From NCBI GenBank assembly GCA_003251795.1, contig QKEI01000055.1:8593-72592 (forward strand): 64,000 bases of DNA, read 5' to 3'. Position numbers and translations under genes: made by a program. Shown one piece after another: positions 18,056-27,279 of the stretch. Within the stretch, counting starts at the first letter, position 1, and each line of letters begins with the position of its first letter. The DNA comes from Candidatus Muproteobacteria bacterium (GTDB lineage: Bacteria; Pseudomonadota; Gammaproteobacteria; Acidiferrobacterales; SPGG2). The notes beneath the pieces are model-generated. The model worked only from the letters and a program-made list of their open reading frames with translations. It had not been told where the DNA came from and ran no database searches.

Positions 18056-20545
18056 ATGGCCACGGTTCCGCTGCCGCCGCCGGATGCCCAGCGGTTCAAT
18101 ACGGTCTGTCAATTCTGCATCGTCGGTTGCGGTTATCAGGTCTATAAGTGGCCGCTGGGTCGTGACGGCGGCCCGGCGCCCGCCGACAACGCCCTCGGCG
18201 TTGACTACCGACAGCCGTTGCCGGCCCTGAGCGATTGGATCTCGCCTTTGATGCACTCACAAATCACCGGACGCGACGGGCGACGTTACAACGTTGTCAT
18301 CGTGCCGGATCATACCTGCGCGGTGAATGAGGGGTTGGCGTCGGTGCGCGGTGGCGGGTTGGCACAAACGCTCTACTCGCCCGAGCGGCCGACCAAGGCA
18401 CGGCTGTCGGAACCACTGATCGCTGTCGGCGACACACATACGCCGCTCGGCTGGGACCAGGCGACCGATCTCGGCGCGCGGGTGATCAAAGCGGTAGTGG
18501 ATCGCTGGGGTGCCGACGCCGTCGGCATGAAGTTCTATGACCATGGCGGTGGCGGTGGTGGCTTCGAGAATAACTGGGCGATCGGCCGCTTTTTCTTTTC
18601 CGGGCTTGGCACGCGCACCGCATCAATCCACAACCGTCCGGCTTACAACAGCGAGATCCATGCCGCCGGCGACGCCGGCCTGGCGGCGCTGACCAATGCG
18701 TATCTGGACGCGCAGCTAGCCGATACCATAGTCATTGTCGGTGCCAACCCCTACGAGACGCAAAGTAACTACTACCTCACCCATATGATTCCGAACCTGA
18801 ACGGGGCGACGCTCAAACGCAAGCGCGCCATGTTCGGCGCTGAAGCGGTTGAGCGGGCGCGCATGATCATCATCGATCCAAGGCGAACCATGACGGTCGC
18901 AACCGCTGAGGCGGCGGGCGGCAAGGATCGTGTATTGCATTTGCAAATTGAGCCAGGCGCTGACATCGCATTACTCAATGCTATCGCCCGCGTCGTGCTC
19001 GAGCGGCGCTGGCACGATGTCGCTTTCATCCGCGAACGCACTGAATGGCAGACCTTCGAGTCCTACCAGCGCTCTACATTGGCTGTCGATCGCCCGTTGC
19101 AGGAGGTCGTGAACGAGGCTGCACGCGTAGCCGGCGTACCGGCGTCGCAGATCCGTCAAGCTGCGCAATGGATTGCCGCCCCCAAGCGCGATGGTGCGCG
19201 GCGGCGCACGTTGTTGCACTACGAGAAAGGTTTGATCTGGGGCTTGAAGAATTACGAGAACATCGCTGCTCTGGTTGATCTGGGATTGTTGAGCGGCAAT
19301 GTCGGCAAGCCGGGCACCGGCGTCAGTCGGCTTGGCGGCCACCAGGAGGCCTATGTGCGCCCGCCATACCCAGGTGGTCGACCCGCACTCAATGTTGACG
19401 AGGCCGTACGTCGGGGTGAGGTCAAGTGTTACTGGATCGGTGGCTGCAATCCCGTGCTGACGACGTTACGGGCAGAGGCGATGGAGGCGGCGCTGCGCGA
19501 GCGCGGCGCTGTCGTGCGCGAAGTGCTGTTGCAGACACAGGGTAAGCCAGTGGGAGAGCGTGTCACACGCATTGTCGAGGCGTTGAAGGCGGGCGGCATG
19601 TTTATTCTAACCCAGGATATTTATATGACCGCGAGCGCACGCTACGCACATCTGGTGTTGCCCGCGGCGCAATGGGGCGAGATGAATCTGACGTCGATCA
19701 ATGGTGAACGGCGCTTGCGTCTATATCAACGTTTCATGGACCCGCCAGGTGCGGCGATTCCGGACTGGATGATCATGGCGCGTTTCGCGCGGCGTTTGCG
19801 CGCGCTCTACCTGCAAGACCGCAATCCGCTAAAGGCCAATCGCTTCCTTGATTTTGACTGGAAGGGAGACGAAGACGTGTTTATCCATGCGCGCTATCAG
19901 TTCAAGGGCGACGGGAGCGATGCAATGGAGGGCTACGCAGGTGTCACTTATGACCTTTTGCGCAGGCTTGGCAACAACGGCATTCAGACGCCAACACAGA
20001 TCGTAAACGGCGTGCCTGTCGGTAGCGTGCGCCTGCACGAGGACGGACGCTTCTTCACCGCTTCGGGGCGGGCACGTTTTATCCCTGCACCGCAACCCTG
20101 GCCGGGTTATGCCGCCCAAGTAACGCGCCAACGCGCGCGTTACCCTTTCTGGGTGAATAACGGCCGTAGCAACCACATTTGGCAAACGTTGTACCATCAC
20201 CAGTTGATACCGTTCTACAGTGAGCACAACCCGATGCCGTTTCTCGAGATCCACGCGCAGGACGCGAAGCGTCTGGGTGTGGCTTCTGGTGATCTGGTCG
20301 AGCTCAGTAACGACGTCGGCAAGGTGCGGGCGTTGGCCTATCTGTCGGACGCCGTGAAGCCCGGTCACACCTTCATGATATTCGGCCAACCGCGCGGTGC
20401 AGTAGGTGATTTGGTATCGGATCATGTCGATCCGACGACAACCATTCCTTATTATAAAGGTGCCTGGGCAGCAATTCGCCGCATCAGTGGCGCGCCCGAG
20501 ATCGCCAAGACCGTGTCATTCCTGCCACAGAACGTCGCCCAATGA
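18056..20545 (+). CDS. aioA: Arsenite oxidase large (Mo-bisPGD, [3Fe-4S]) subunit
   Basis: N-terminal CQFCIVGCGY (C-x2-C-x3-C), plus DHGGGGGGFEN, IHNRPAYNSE, LHLQIEPG, HYEKGLIWG, GGHQEAYVRPPYPG, LPAAQWGEMNLTSINGERR and IPYYKGAW. All of these match AioA as I recall it. Confidence 0.9.
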   Translation: MATVPLPPPDAQRFNTVCQFCIVGCGYQVYKWPLGRDGGPAPADNALGVDYRQPLPALSDWISPLMHSQITGRDGRRYNVVIVPDHTCAVNEGLASVRGGGLAQTLYSPERPTKARLSEPLIAVGDTHTPLGWDQATDLGARVIKAVVDRWGADAVGMKFYDHGGGGGGFENNWAIGRFFFSGLGTRTASIHNRPAYNSEIHAAGDAGLAALTNAYLDAQLADTIVIVGANPYETQSNYYLTHMIPNLNGATLKRKRAMFGAEAVERARMIIIDPRRTMTVATAEAAGGKDRVLHLQIEPGADIALLNAIARVVLERRWHDVAFIRERTEWQTFESYQRSTLAVDRPLQEVVNEAARVAGVPASQIRQAAQWIAAPKRDGARRRTLLHYEKGLIWGLKNYENIAALVDLGLLSGNVGKPGTGVSRLGGHQEAYVRPPYPGGRPALNVDEAVRRGEVKCYWIGGCNPVLTTLRAEAMEAALRERGAVVREVLLQTQGKPVGERVTRIVEALKAGGMFILTQDIYMTASARYAHLVLPAAQWGEMNLTSINGERRLRLYQRFMDPPGAAIPDWMIMARFARRLRALYLQDRNPLKANRFLDFDWKGDEDVFIHARYQFKGDGSDAMEGYAGVTYDLLRRLGNNGIQTPTQIVNGVPVGSVRLHEDGRFFTASGRARFIPAPQPWPGYAAQVTRQRARYPFWVNNGRSNHIWQTLYHHQLIPFYSEHNPMPFLEIHAQDAKRLGVASGDLVELSNDVGKVRALAYLSDAVKPGHTFMIFGQPRGAVGDLVSDHVDPTTTIPYYKGAWAAIRRISGAPEIAKTVSFLPQNVAQ

Positions 20546-21537
20546 TGCCACTGGACAAATTCGTTCGAGCCTGCTTAGTCGTCTGCGCGGTGTGTGCGAG
20601 CGCAGTGGTACAAGAGACACTCGCTGCGCAGGCCACGAATCGACCGCAGTTTGCCGAGCGTAATCAGGCGGGCGCCGATCTGCGCGGCGCCAACCTCGCC
20701 TACGCCAATCTCGACGGTGTCGTATTGACCGGCGCTACACTCGTCGGAGCGGACCTGCGCGGCGCAAGCTTGCGCGGCGCCGATCTACGCGAGGCGTATT
20801 TGCGCGAGGTACGCGCGCGCGGAGCAGATTTCTCGGGCGCGCAGCTCGGCGGCAGTGACCTCACGCGTGCCGACCTGCGCGAGGCCAAGTTTGAATCAGC
20901 CAGTTTGGTGCGGGCTGTGCTCGATAGTGCGCGCCTGGACAATGCTGTACTGCGCAAGGCGTTTCTGCCGGGCGCGCGTCTGATCAAAGCGCAGCTACCG
21001 CAGGCCGACCTCGAGGCAGCCGTGTTATCGGCGGCCGATTTGACGCAGGCGACACTGACCGGTACGAACTTTCGATATGCCGATCTCGGCGCGAGTGGAC
21101 TCGGGCAGCCGGCACCGCGGGGAGCCAGCCTGGTCGGCGCCGATCTGCGCGAAGCCGATCTCACCGGCGCAAACCTACGCAGTGTCAATTTGCGCGAGGC
21201 CATCCTTACGGGTGCGGTATTTAGGCAGGCGCAACTGGGGCAAGCCGATCTGATATGGGTACGCGCTCAGGGTGCGGATTTCTCGGAGGCCGTGCTTTCC
21301 TGGGCGCTTGGTTACGGTGGTGACTTTCGTTCAGCTATCTTTCGCAACGCGCGTCTGATATTGGCACAGTTTACTGGAGCGAATCTCACTGGTGCCGACC
21401 TGCGCGGTGCCACACTCGATGGCACCGATTTCAATCAGGCGAACCTCGCTAATGTGGACGTAACAGGCGCCGACATTCGTCGAGTCCTGACCAATGCCAC
21501 ACGTAATCTACCTACCGTGTTTCTAAGGGGCCAGTAG
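20542..21537 (+). CDS. Secreted pentapeptide-repeat protein
   Basis: An N-terminal hydrophobic signal-like segment ends LAAQA. It is followed by about 55 tandem A(D/N)LxG-type pentapeptides (ADLRGANLAYANLDGVVLTGATL...). The start overlaps the aioA stop (ATGA). Confidence 0.8.
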   Translation: MMPLDKFVRACLVVCAVCASAVVQETLAAQATNRPQFAERNQAGADLRGANLAYANLDGVVLTGATLVGADLRGASLRGADLREAYLREVRARGADFSGAQLGGSDLTRADLREAKFESASLVRAVLDSARLDNAVLRKAFLPGARLIKAQLPQADLEAAVLSAADLTQATLTGTNFRYADLGASGLGQPAPRGASLVGADLREADLTGANLRSVNLREAILTGAVFRQAQLGQADLIWVRAQGADFSEAVLSWALGYGGDFRSAIFRNARLILAQFTGANLTGADLRGATLDGTDFNQANLANVDVTGADIRRVLTNATRNLPTVFLRGQ

Positions 21538-21540
21538 ACC

Positions 21541-22446
21541 ATGAATGATCCCGCCAACAGTGAATCGAGCGTTACCGTCGACGAGGGATTTGGTGCCAAG
21601 GCGCAGACGAAAAAGGTGGAGGTGGCGATAACGCGTCTCTGGGCTGCACTGGTCGGTGAGTACTTCGGCACTTTCATCCTCGTATTCTTTGGCGTTGGTG
21701 CGGTTAATGCAGCGGTGCTGACCGGCGCGCAGGCGGGGCTCTGGCAGGTCGCAGTTGTTTGGGCCGTCGGCGTGAGCGTGGCGATCTATACGGTCGCCGG
21801 ACTCTCCGGCGCCCACATCAATCCCGCCATCACTCTGGCGGCCGCGCTCTACGATCGCTTTCCCTGGCCGCGCGTGCTGCCTTATTGGATTGCGCAGACG
21901 GCCGGCGCGGCCTGCGCATCGCTCGTGCTCTACGGTATGTTCGCCGAAGCGATCATCGAGTTTGAACGTCACCACGGGTTGTTGCGCGGGGGCCCGGGTA
22001 GTGAGTTGAGTGCCATGGTGTTTGGCGAATACTTTCCTAATCCAGCGTTGTACGGCACCGCCGAGGAGGCCTGGCGTGTGGTTAGCCCGGCGGCGGCGTT
22101 TTTCGCCGAAATGGTGGGCACGGCAATGCTTGCCTTTATCGTCTGGTCGGTGACGAATGTACGCAATCCGGCACGACCGGGCGCAGCCGCGGCTGCGGTC
22201 GTCATCGGCGTTGGTGTCGCCGCCATCATTTCCGTGATCGCGCCGCTTACGCAGGCGGCCCTCAATCCGGCACGTGATCTCGGACCGCGGCTGGTGTCTT
22301 ATTTCCTTGGCTGGGGCGAGATTGCCATTCCCGGCCCGCGTGGCGGCTGGCTCACGGTTTACGTGCTCGGCCCGCTGGTCGGCGGCGTTATCGGTGCCGG
22401 TTTGTATCGCATCGTCGCCTGGCATCTGCCGCGTGCCCATGAGTGA
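21541..22446 (+). CDS. MIP-family channel (aquaglyceroporin, possible As(III) conduit)
   Basis: Two NPA boxes (SGAHINPAITLA; LNPARDLGPRL) and a six-TM pattern. Confidence 0.85.
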   Translation: MNDPANSESSVTVDEGFGAKAQTKKVEVAITRLWAALVGEYFGTFILVFFGVGAVNAAVLTGAQAGLWQVAVVWAVGVSVAIYTVAGLSGAHINPAITLAAALYDRFPWPRVLPYWIAQTAGAACASLVLYGMFAEAIIEFERHHGLLRGGPGSELSAMVFGEYFPNPALYGTAEEAWRVVSPAAAFFAEMVGTAMLAFIVWSVTNVRNPARPGAAAAAVVIGVGVAAIISVIAPLTQAALNPARDLGPRLVSYFLGWGEIAIPGPRGGWLTVYVLGPLVGGVIGAGLYRIVAWHLPRAHE

Positions 22447-22481
22447 ACGCAAACCGAGATGCGGACAACGGAGTAACAGCT

Positions 22482-23324
22482 ATGTCACCTGAAGAGCTGC
22501 CGCTGCAGACCTTGTTGTTTGAACGGAGTGAGGGCGTGGCACTGGTGACGCTCAATCGACCCGAGCGTCTCAATGCCATCAGTCGACGCATGATTGGCGA
22601 GATGCATCAGTTGTTAGATGCGATCGTTGCGGACGATGACCTCGGTGCGGTGGTGATTAGCGGTGCCGGCCGAGCGTTCTCCGCGGGCATGGATCTGAAG
22701 GATGACGCTGCCGTGGGCCCGTCCGACGTCGGCGGGTGGCGCAAAGCCTTGCAGGAGGATCTGGATTTTCTCTTGCGCTTTTGGGATTTCGAGAAGCCCA
22801 CCATTGCCGCCGTGCACGGTTACTGCCTAGCGGCTGCGTGCGAGCTGGCCATGTGTTGCGACGTGACCATCGCCGCCGAAGGCACATACTTGGGTGAACC
22901 CGAGCTCAAGTTCGGTAGCGTCATCACGGCCATGATCATGCCATGGCTGACGGGACCGAAGTTGGCAAAGGAGCTGTTGCTGTCGGCCGACGACCGCATC
23001 CCGGCCGAACGCGCTGAACGTATTGGCTTGGTCAATCAGATGGTGCCGCAAGGCACCCACGTTGAAGCAGCGTTCAACCTAGCCCGCAAGATGGCAACCA
23101 TGGATCGCGCAGCAGTCTCCATGACCAAAGAGGCCATTAACCGCAGCTTCGATGGCATGGGTTTTCGCGAGGTCATGCGCGCTAACCTCGACATTGCCGT
23201 GCAGCTTGAAAGTTTGGAAACGCCTTCGCGCAAGCAGTTTAAGGAAATCACCCGACGAGAGGGTTTGAAGGCAGCCATTGCCTGGCGCGATCAGCGCCTG
23301 CAGGATGGAGGCAAGGCGCGCTAA
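22482..23324 (+). CDS. Enoyl-CoA hydratase/isomerase (crotonase) family protein
   Basis: VALVTLNRPERLNA, GAGRAFSAGMDL and the oxyanion-hole pattern. I chose the ATG at 22482 with GGAG upstream; the GTG at 22443 is possible. Confidence 0.8.
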   Translation: MSPEELPLQTLLFERSEGVALVTLNRPERLNAISRRMIGEMHQLLDAIVADDDLGAVVISGAGRAFSAGMDLKDDAAVGPSDVGGWRKALQEDLDFLLRFWDFEKPTIAAVHGYCLAAACELAMCCDVTIAAEGTYLGEPELKFGSVITAMIMPWLTGPKLAKELLLSADDRIPAERAERIGLVNQMVPQGTHVEAAFNLARKMATMDRAAVSMTKEAINRSFDGMGFREVMRANLDIAVQLESLETPSRKQFKEITRREGLKAAIAWRDQRLQDGGKAR

Positions 23325-23335
23325 CCGCGTAACAC

Positions 23336-23920
23336 ATGCAGACTTGGGGTGAGGTTAAGGCCTGGCGTAAGCAGATGCGTAGGCAGTTGCTCGAGCGACG
23401 CACACGTATTGGCGCCGAGCACTTCTTTCACTGTTGTGCCGCTATCGAGCGCCACCTGAAAGAGCTACTGCAAAACTTTCAGGGCAAAACTCTGGGGTTC
23501 TATTGGCCGTTTTTCAAAGGCGAATTCGACGCCCTGCCGCTGGCGGGCGAATTCCTCGGCCAGGGCGGACGCAGCGCCTTGCCGGTGTTTGGCAAGCCGT
23601 TTACGCCCATGCAGTTCTGCAGTTGGGCGCCCGGACAGGAGCTTGTTCCTGGCCGTTTTCAGATACCGATGCCGAAAGAACGAAACGTCGTGATACCGGA
23701 TATCGTGCTGGTGCCATTTCTTGGTTTCGATCACTGCTGTCATCGCTTGGGCTTCGGTATGGCTTACTATGACATTACGCTCGCCGCGCTCGAACCGCGA
23801 CCCTTTGCTGTCGGTGTGGGTTACGAGTTTCAGCGACTGGAGACGATCTATCCACAGTCGTTCGATGTACCGATGAATCTTATCGTTACCGAAACCGGGC
23901 GGCACGAACCGTCGTCTTGA
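23336..23920 (+). CDS. 5-formyltetrahydrofolate cyclo-ligase family protein
   Basis: Conserved C-terminal pattern: D..LVP.LGFD....RLG.G.GYYD. Confidence 0.7.
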   Translation: MQTWGEVKAWRKQMRRQLLERRTRIGAEHFFHCCAAIERHLKELLQNFQGKTLGFYWPFFKGEFDALPLAGEFLGQGGRSALPVFGKPFTPMQFCSWAPGQELVPGRFQIPMPKERNVVIPDIVLVPFLGFDHCCHRLGFGMAYYDITLAALEPRPFAVGVGYEFQRLETIYPQSFDVPMNLIVTETGRHEPSS

Positions 23921-23940
23921 ACAGACTCAGCGCGGTGCTG

Positions 23941-25608
23941 TCAGTGTGGCGTCGACGCGAGCAGGCGCGCGCGCAGCTCCGCGCGACGGATCTTGCCAGA
24001 GCTCGTCAGCGGAAAGGAATCGACGAACTCGATCTCGCGCGGATATTTGTACGCCGCGAGATTGTCCTTGACGAATTGCTGCAATTCACGTTTTAACTGG
24101 GCGCTTGGTTGCGCGCTTTGCACGAGGCGTACGAAGGCGACTACGACCGCGCCGCGTTCGGCATCGGGTCGACCAACTACCGCTGCCTCGGCGACCTGCG
24201 GGTGTTTAACCAGTGCATCTTCCACCTCCGCCGGACCAATGCGGTAGCCGGCACTTTTGATCAGATCGTCGTTGCGTCCCTGGTACCAGAAATAGCCGTG
24301 TTCATCGCGCAGCGCGAGATCGCCCGAGCGCAACCAACCTCCGATACGCATGTGTTCCGGCACCCCCGGGTTTCCCCAGTAACCCATAAACAACGTCGGA
24401 TCGTACGCCCGCCAGGAAGCGATTTCGCCTACCACACCGTCGCCTTGTTCGTTGCCATGCTCATCAATGATCGCTACGCGCCGTCCGGGAAAGGCCCGCC
24501 CCATGGAACCAGGGACGATCGGATACAACGCCCGGCAGTTACCGACCATGTGGTTAAATTCGGTGAGCCCGTAAAACTCATTGCAGACGATGCCCAGATC
24601 GCGCTCGGCCCAGCGCACGGTCTCGCCCGGCAGGCTCTCCCCGCCGGTGCAAACGACGCGCAATTGCAGTCGCCAGCGCTCGCGCGGTTGCTTGATCTCA
24701 GCAAGACGTTTGAGGGCGGTCGGCGTCATGAACGAGTGCGTTACGCCGTGACGTGCCATGAAATCAAACGCCCACTCGGCCTCGAAACGATGGCGCGTAG
24801 CGACTACCGTTTGTCCGTGTTGCCAGGCCGGTAGCACCGCGTCGAGCAGGCCGCCGACCCATGCCCAGTCGGCCGGGCTCCAGAAGACCTGTCCAGGTTT
24901 GTCGAGCTCCAGGTTATAGACCATCGTCAGACTCGGCCGGTAGGCGTGAATGATGCGGTGGGCGTGTAACATGCCCTTCGGCATTCCGGTGGAGCCCGAC
25001 GTATACATCAACAGCGCCGACTCATCGGCATTGGTCTCAACCGGTGTTAGCTCAGAGGCGTCGTCAATCAAACATTGTGCAAACGACATTTCGCCGGCGA
25101 CGGTGTTGCCGGTGACGATGCAGTGTTCGAGCGAGGTGAAACGCGCACGATGGGGGCGCAGGTTGCCCCAGGCACTGTCGTCAGTGATGACGACCCGCGC
25201 TTTCGAATCGTTGAGGATATATGCAACGGTATCCGGCCCGTACAGTTGCGACAGCGTCAGCACAATGGCACCGAGCTTGTAGATGGCCATATGGGCGATG
25301 GCTGTCTGCGGCGATTGGCCAGTGTGTACCACCACCGGTTCGCCGCGCCGCACGGCAAGCGTGCGCAATCCCTTGGCCAGTTGGTCGGAAAGCCGATCCA
25401 GCTCTGTGAAGCTGTAGCGATGAGTTTTACCCTGAGCATCCTCAAACAGCAGCGCCGTGTGCCCGCCGGCATCGCCTTTGGCGTAACGCACGATGGTATC
25501 GAGGGCGATGTTCGCCTTGACAGGCAGCTCGACCTTGAGACGTTGCTCCTGTTCGTTGTAGCGCAGATTGGTCTTGGCGACGACCTGGGCATAAAGCTCG
25601 CTGTTCAT
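23941..25608 (-). CDS. AMP-forming acyl-CoA synthetase/ligase
   Basis: AMP-binding signature YTSGSTGMPKG, plus GYWG..., GDL..RDE.GY.W..GR.DD.IK and the terminal SGKI.R. Confidence 0.85.
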   Translation of the reverse strand: MNSELYAQVVAKTNLRYNEQEQRLKVELPVKANIALDTIVRYAKGDAGGHTALLFEDAQGKTHRYSFTELDRLSDQLAKGLRTLAVRRGEPVVVHTGQSPQTAIAHMAIYKLGAIVLTLSQLYGPDTVAYILNDSKARVVITDDSAWGNLRPHRARFTSLEHCIVTGNTVAGEMSFAQCLIDDASELTPVETNADESALLMYTSGSTGMPKGMLHAHRIIHAYRPSLTMVYNLELDKPGQVFWSPADWAWVGGLLDAVLPAWQHGQTVVATRHRFEAEWAFDFMARHGVTHSFMTPTALKRLAEIKQPRERWRLQLRVVCTGGESLPGETVRWAERDLGIVCNEFYGLTEFNHMVGNCRALYPIVPGSMGRAFPGRRVAIIDEHGNEQGDGVVGEIASWRAYDPTLFMGYWGNPGVPEHMRIGGWLRSGDLALRDEHGYFWYQGRNDDLIKSAGYRIGPAEVEDALVKHPQVAEAAVVGRPDAERGAVVVAFVRLVQSAQPSAQLKRELQQFVKDNLAAYKYPREIEFVDSFPLTSSGKIRRAELRARLLASTPH

Positions 25609-25621
25609 GATCTATCGCTTC

Positions 25622-26074
25622 CTATTTATCATCTACCACAAAACACGCGCTCTGCGCCGGATGCGGTGTCGCTGCCGCTGCCGCACTGAGACGCACACGT
25701 GCGCCCTTTTGAAGCACGCGTTCATCGCCGATAACGCGCGCGAAGCTCGCGTTATCGGCACCGTCGAGCGCTAGCAGGGCGAAGCAGTGATGGCTCGAGG
25801 TCTGTGCCAGCGGCAAGCGGCTGGTGCCACACGTGACACTAATGATACGCCCACGCCCGCTGAGCCTAACCCACTCGGTGGTAGACCGGTCATACGAGCA
25901 CAGCAGGCGCGGTGGGAACCAAATGCGCTGGCACTGCGGGCAGCGGCTGGCTAACGCCTGCCCCTGTTGCAGGGCCTCGAAGTAAGGTCGCAACCCGCCC
26001 GGCGTATAGGCGTAGCGCAGCTGCAGCTCGAGAGTCAGCGGCCCAGCGGTAACGGGTTTGCGCGGGTGTGCCAT
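25622..26074 (-). CDS. DUF35 OB-fold / rubredoxin-like Zn-ribbon protein (thiolase partner)
   Basis: CPQCQRIWFPPRLLC Zn-ribbon followed by an OB-fold region. Its ATG overlaps the thiolase stop (ATGA at 26072-26076). The ORF-track 90-aa N-terminal extension is Arg-rich junk. Confidence 0.75.
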   Translation of the reverse strand: MAHPRKPVTAGPLTLELQLRYAYTPGGLRPYFEALQQGQALASRCPQCQRIWFPPRLLCSYDRSTTEWVRLSGRGRIISVTCGTSRLPLAQTSSHHCFALLALDGADNASFARVIGDERVLQKGARVRLSAAAAATPHPAQSACFVVDDK

Positions 26075-27279
26075 CAGTCGAGTCGTCGCAACACGTGGGT
26101 GATGCTGACCGCGCAAATGCCGCCGTGGGCATCGGCCAAGCCGACGCGCAGGTCTCGTGCCGGCTGCGCCTCTGGCCAATAGCGCCCTGTGAGCAAGCGT
26201 TGGATGGTCAGCGCCTGCAGAACACCGGTGGCGCCGGGCGCTCCACCCTGCCCAATCAGCCCCCCCGACAGATTCACTGGCAGACGGCCGTCGGCGGCGA
26301 ATTCCCCGTCGCCGCACGCCACACCGCCGCGACCCTCCGCGCACAAACCGAGTGCCTCAACGCCCTGAATCTCGGCGCCGCTGAAGGCATCATAGATCTC
26401 GGCGACATCGATCTCGCTGGCAGGGTCAGTAATTCCGGCCATAGCATACGCTGCTTGGGATGATTGCACCTTGGCGGTAAAGCGATAGCGCGCGCTGCGG
26501 TCACCGAGGCGTACGTAATCCGAGGCGCAGCCGCTACCTGCGATACAGACGCGCGGGCGCGAGGATGCCGGCACGTATTGCGGATCGGACAATACCACGG
26601 CGGCCGCCGCGTCGCTGATCGTCGAGCAATCGAGCAAGTGATAGGGCGTGCTTACCATGGGCGAGGCAAGCACCTGTTCTATAGTCAAAGCCATCGGTCG
26701 ATGTGCCCATGGGTTGTGGCCTGCATTAGCGTGATTCTTTACTGAGACCTGCGCCAGTTGTTCGGCAGTGGTGCCGAACTGTTGCATATGTTCCTGTATC
26801 GATAATGCGTACAGATTTACTGCGGTGGCACCCGCCATGCCTTCCAAGTCAGCGTCGAAGGACAACCCGTAGATCATGCGCACTTCGTCGCTGCTGAGCC
26901 GACTGGCTGTTTGTTCGAAGCCGATCACCAGCACTGTACGCGCCTGGCGTGCGGCGATCTGCATAAAGCCGGTGCGCAGGGCCGCGGCGCCGCTGGCGCC
27001 TCCGCTTTCCACGCGCATCACCGGACACGGTACCAGCCCGATATCGTCGACGATTACCGAACCCGGTGCGACTTGCAGGGAAAAGAAGTCACTCTCGGAG
27101 GCGACAATGACGGCGTCGATGTCGTGCGCTTCCACACCGGCATCGGCAAGCGCGTCTGTCGATGCGATACGCACCCAATCACGCCACGACGAGCCGTCGT
27201 CATAGCGACGCAAAGGTACGGCGCCCCCTCCTAGAAGCAGCGCTCGGGTTAGCCCGCTATCATCTTCTTGGGCAGCCAC
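26074..27279 (-). CDS. Thiolase-fold protein, SCP-x / lipid-transfer-type
   Basis: Thiolase-like core (VESGGASGAAA, GFE) and a glycine-rich C-terminus, with the usual pairing to a DUF35 gene. The start overlaps the dctM end by 31 nt and is uncertain. Confidence 0.8.
   Translation of the reverse strand: MAAQEDDSGLTRALLLGGGAVPLRRYDDGSSWRDWVRIASTDALADAGVEAHDIDAVIVASESDFFSLQVAPGSVIVDDIGLVPCPVMRVESGGASGAAALRTGFMQIAARQARTVLVIGFEQTASRLSSDEVRMIYGLSFDADLEGMAGATAVNLYALSIQEHMQQFGTTAEQLAQVSVKNHANAGHNPWAHRPMALTIEQVLASPMVSTPYHLLDCSTISDAAAAVVLSDPQYVPASSRPRVCIAGSGCASDYVRLGDRSARYRFTAKVQSSQAAYAMAGITDPASEIDVAEIYDAFSGAEIQGVEALGLCAEGRGGVACGDGEFAADGRLPVNLSGGLIGQGGAPGATGVLQALTIQRLLTGRYWPEAQPARDLRVGLADAHGGICAVSITHVLRRLD

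Noticed and set aside
20650-21450. Periodic 15-nt DNA repeats (variants of GCCGATCTGCGCGGCGC), considered as a tandem-repeat or CRISPR-like array.
   Set aside because: The periodicity is the coding consequence of the pentapeptide-repeat protein. There is no spacer/repeat structure and the reading frame is continuous.
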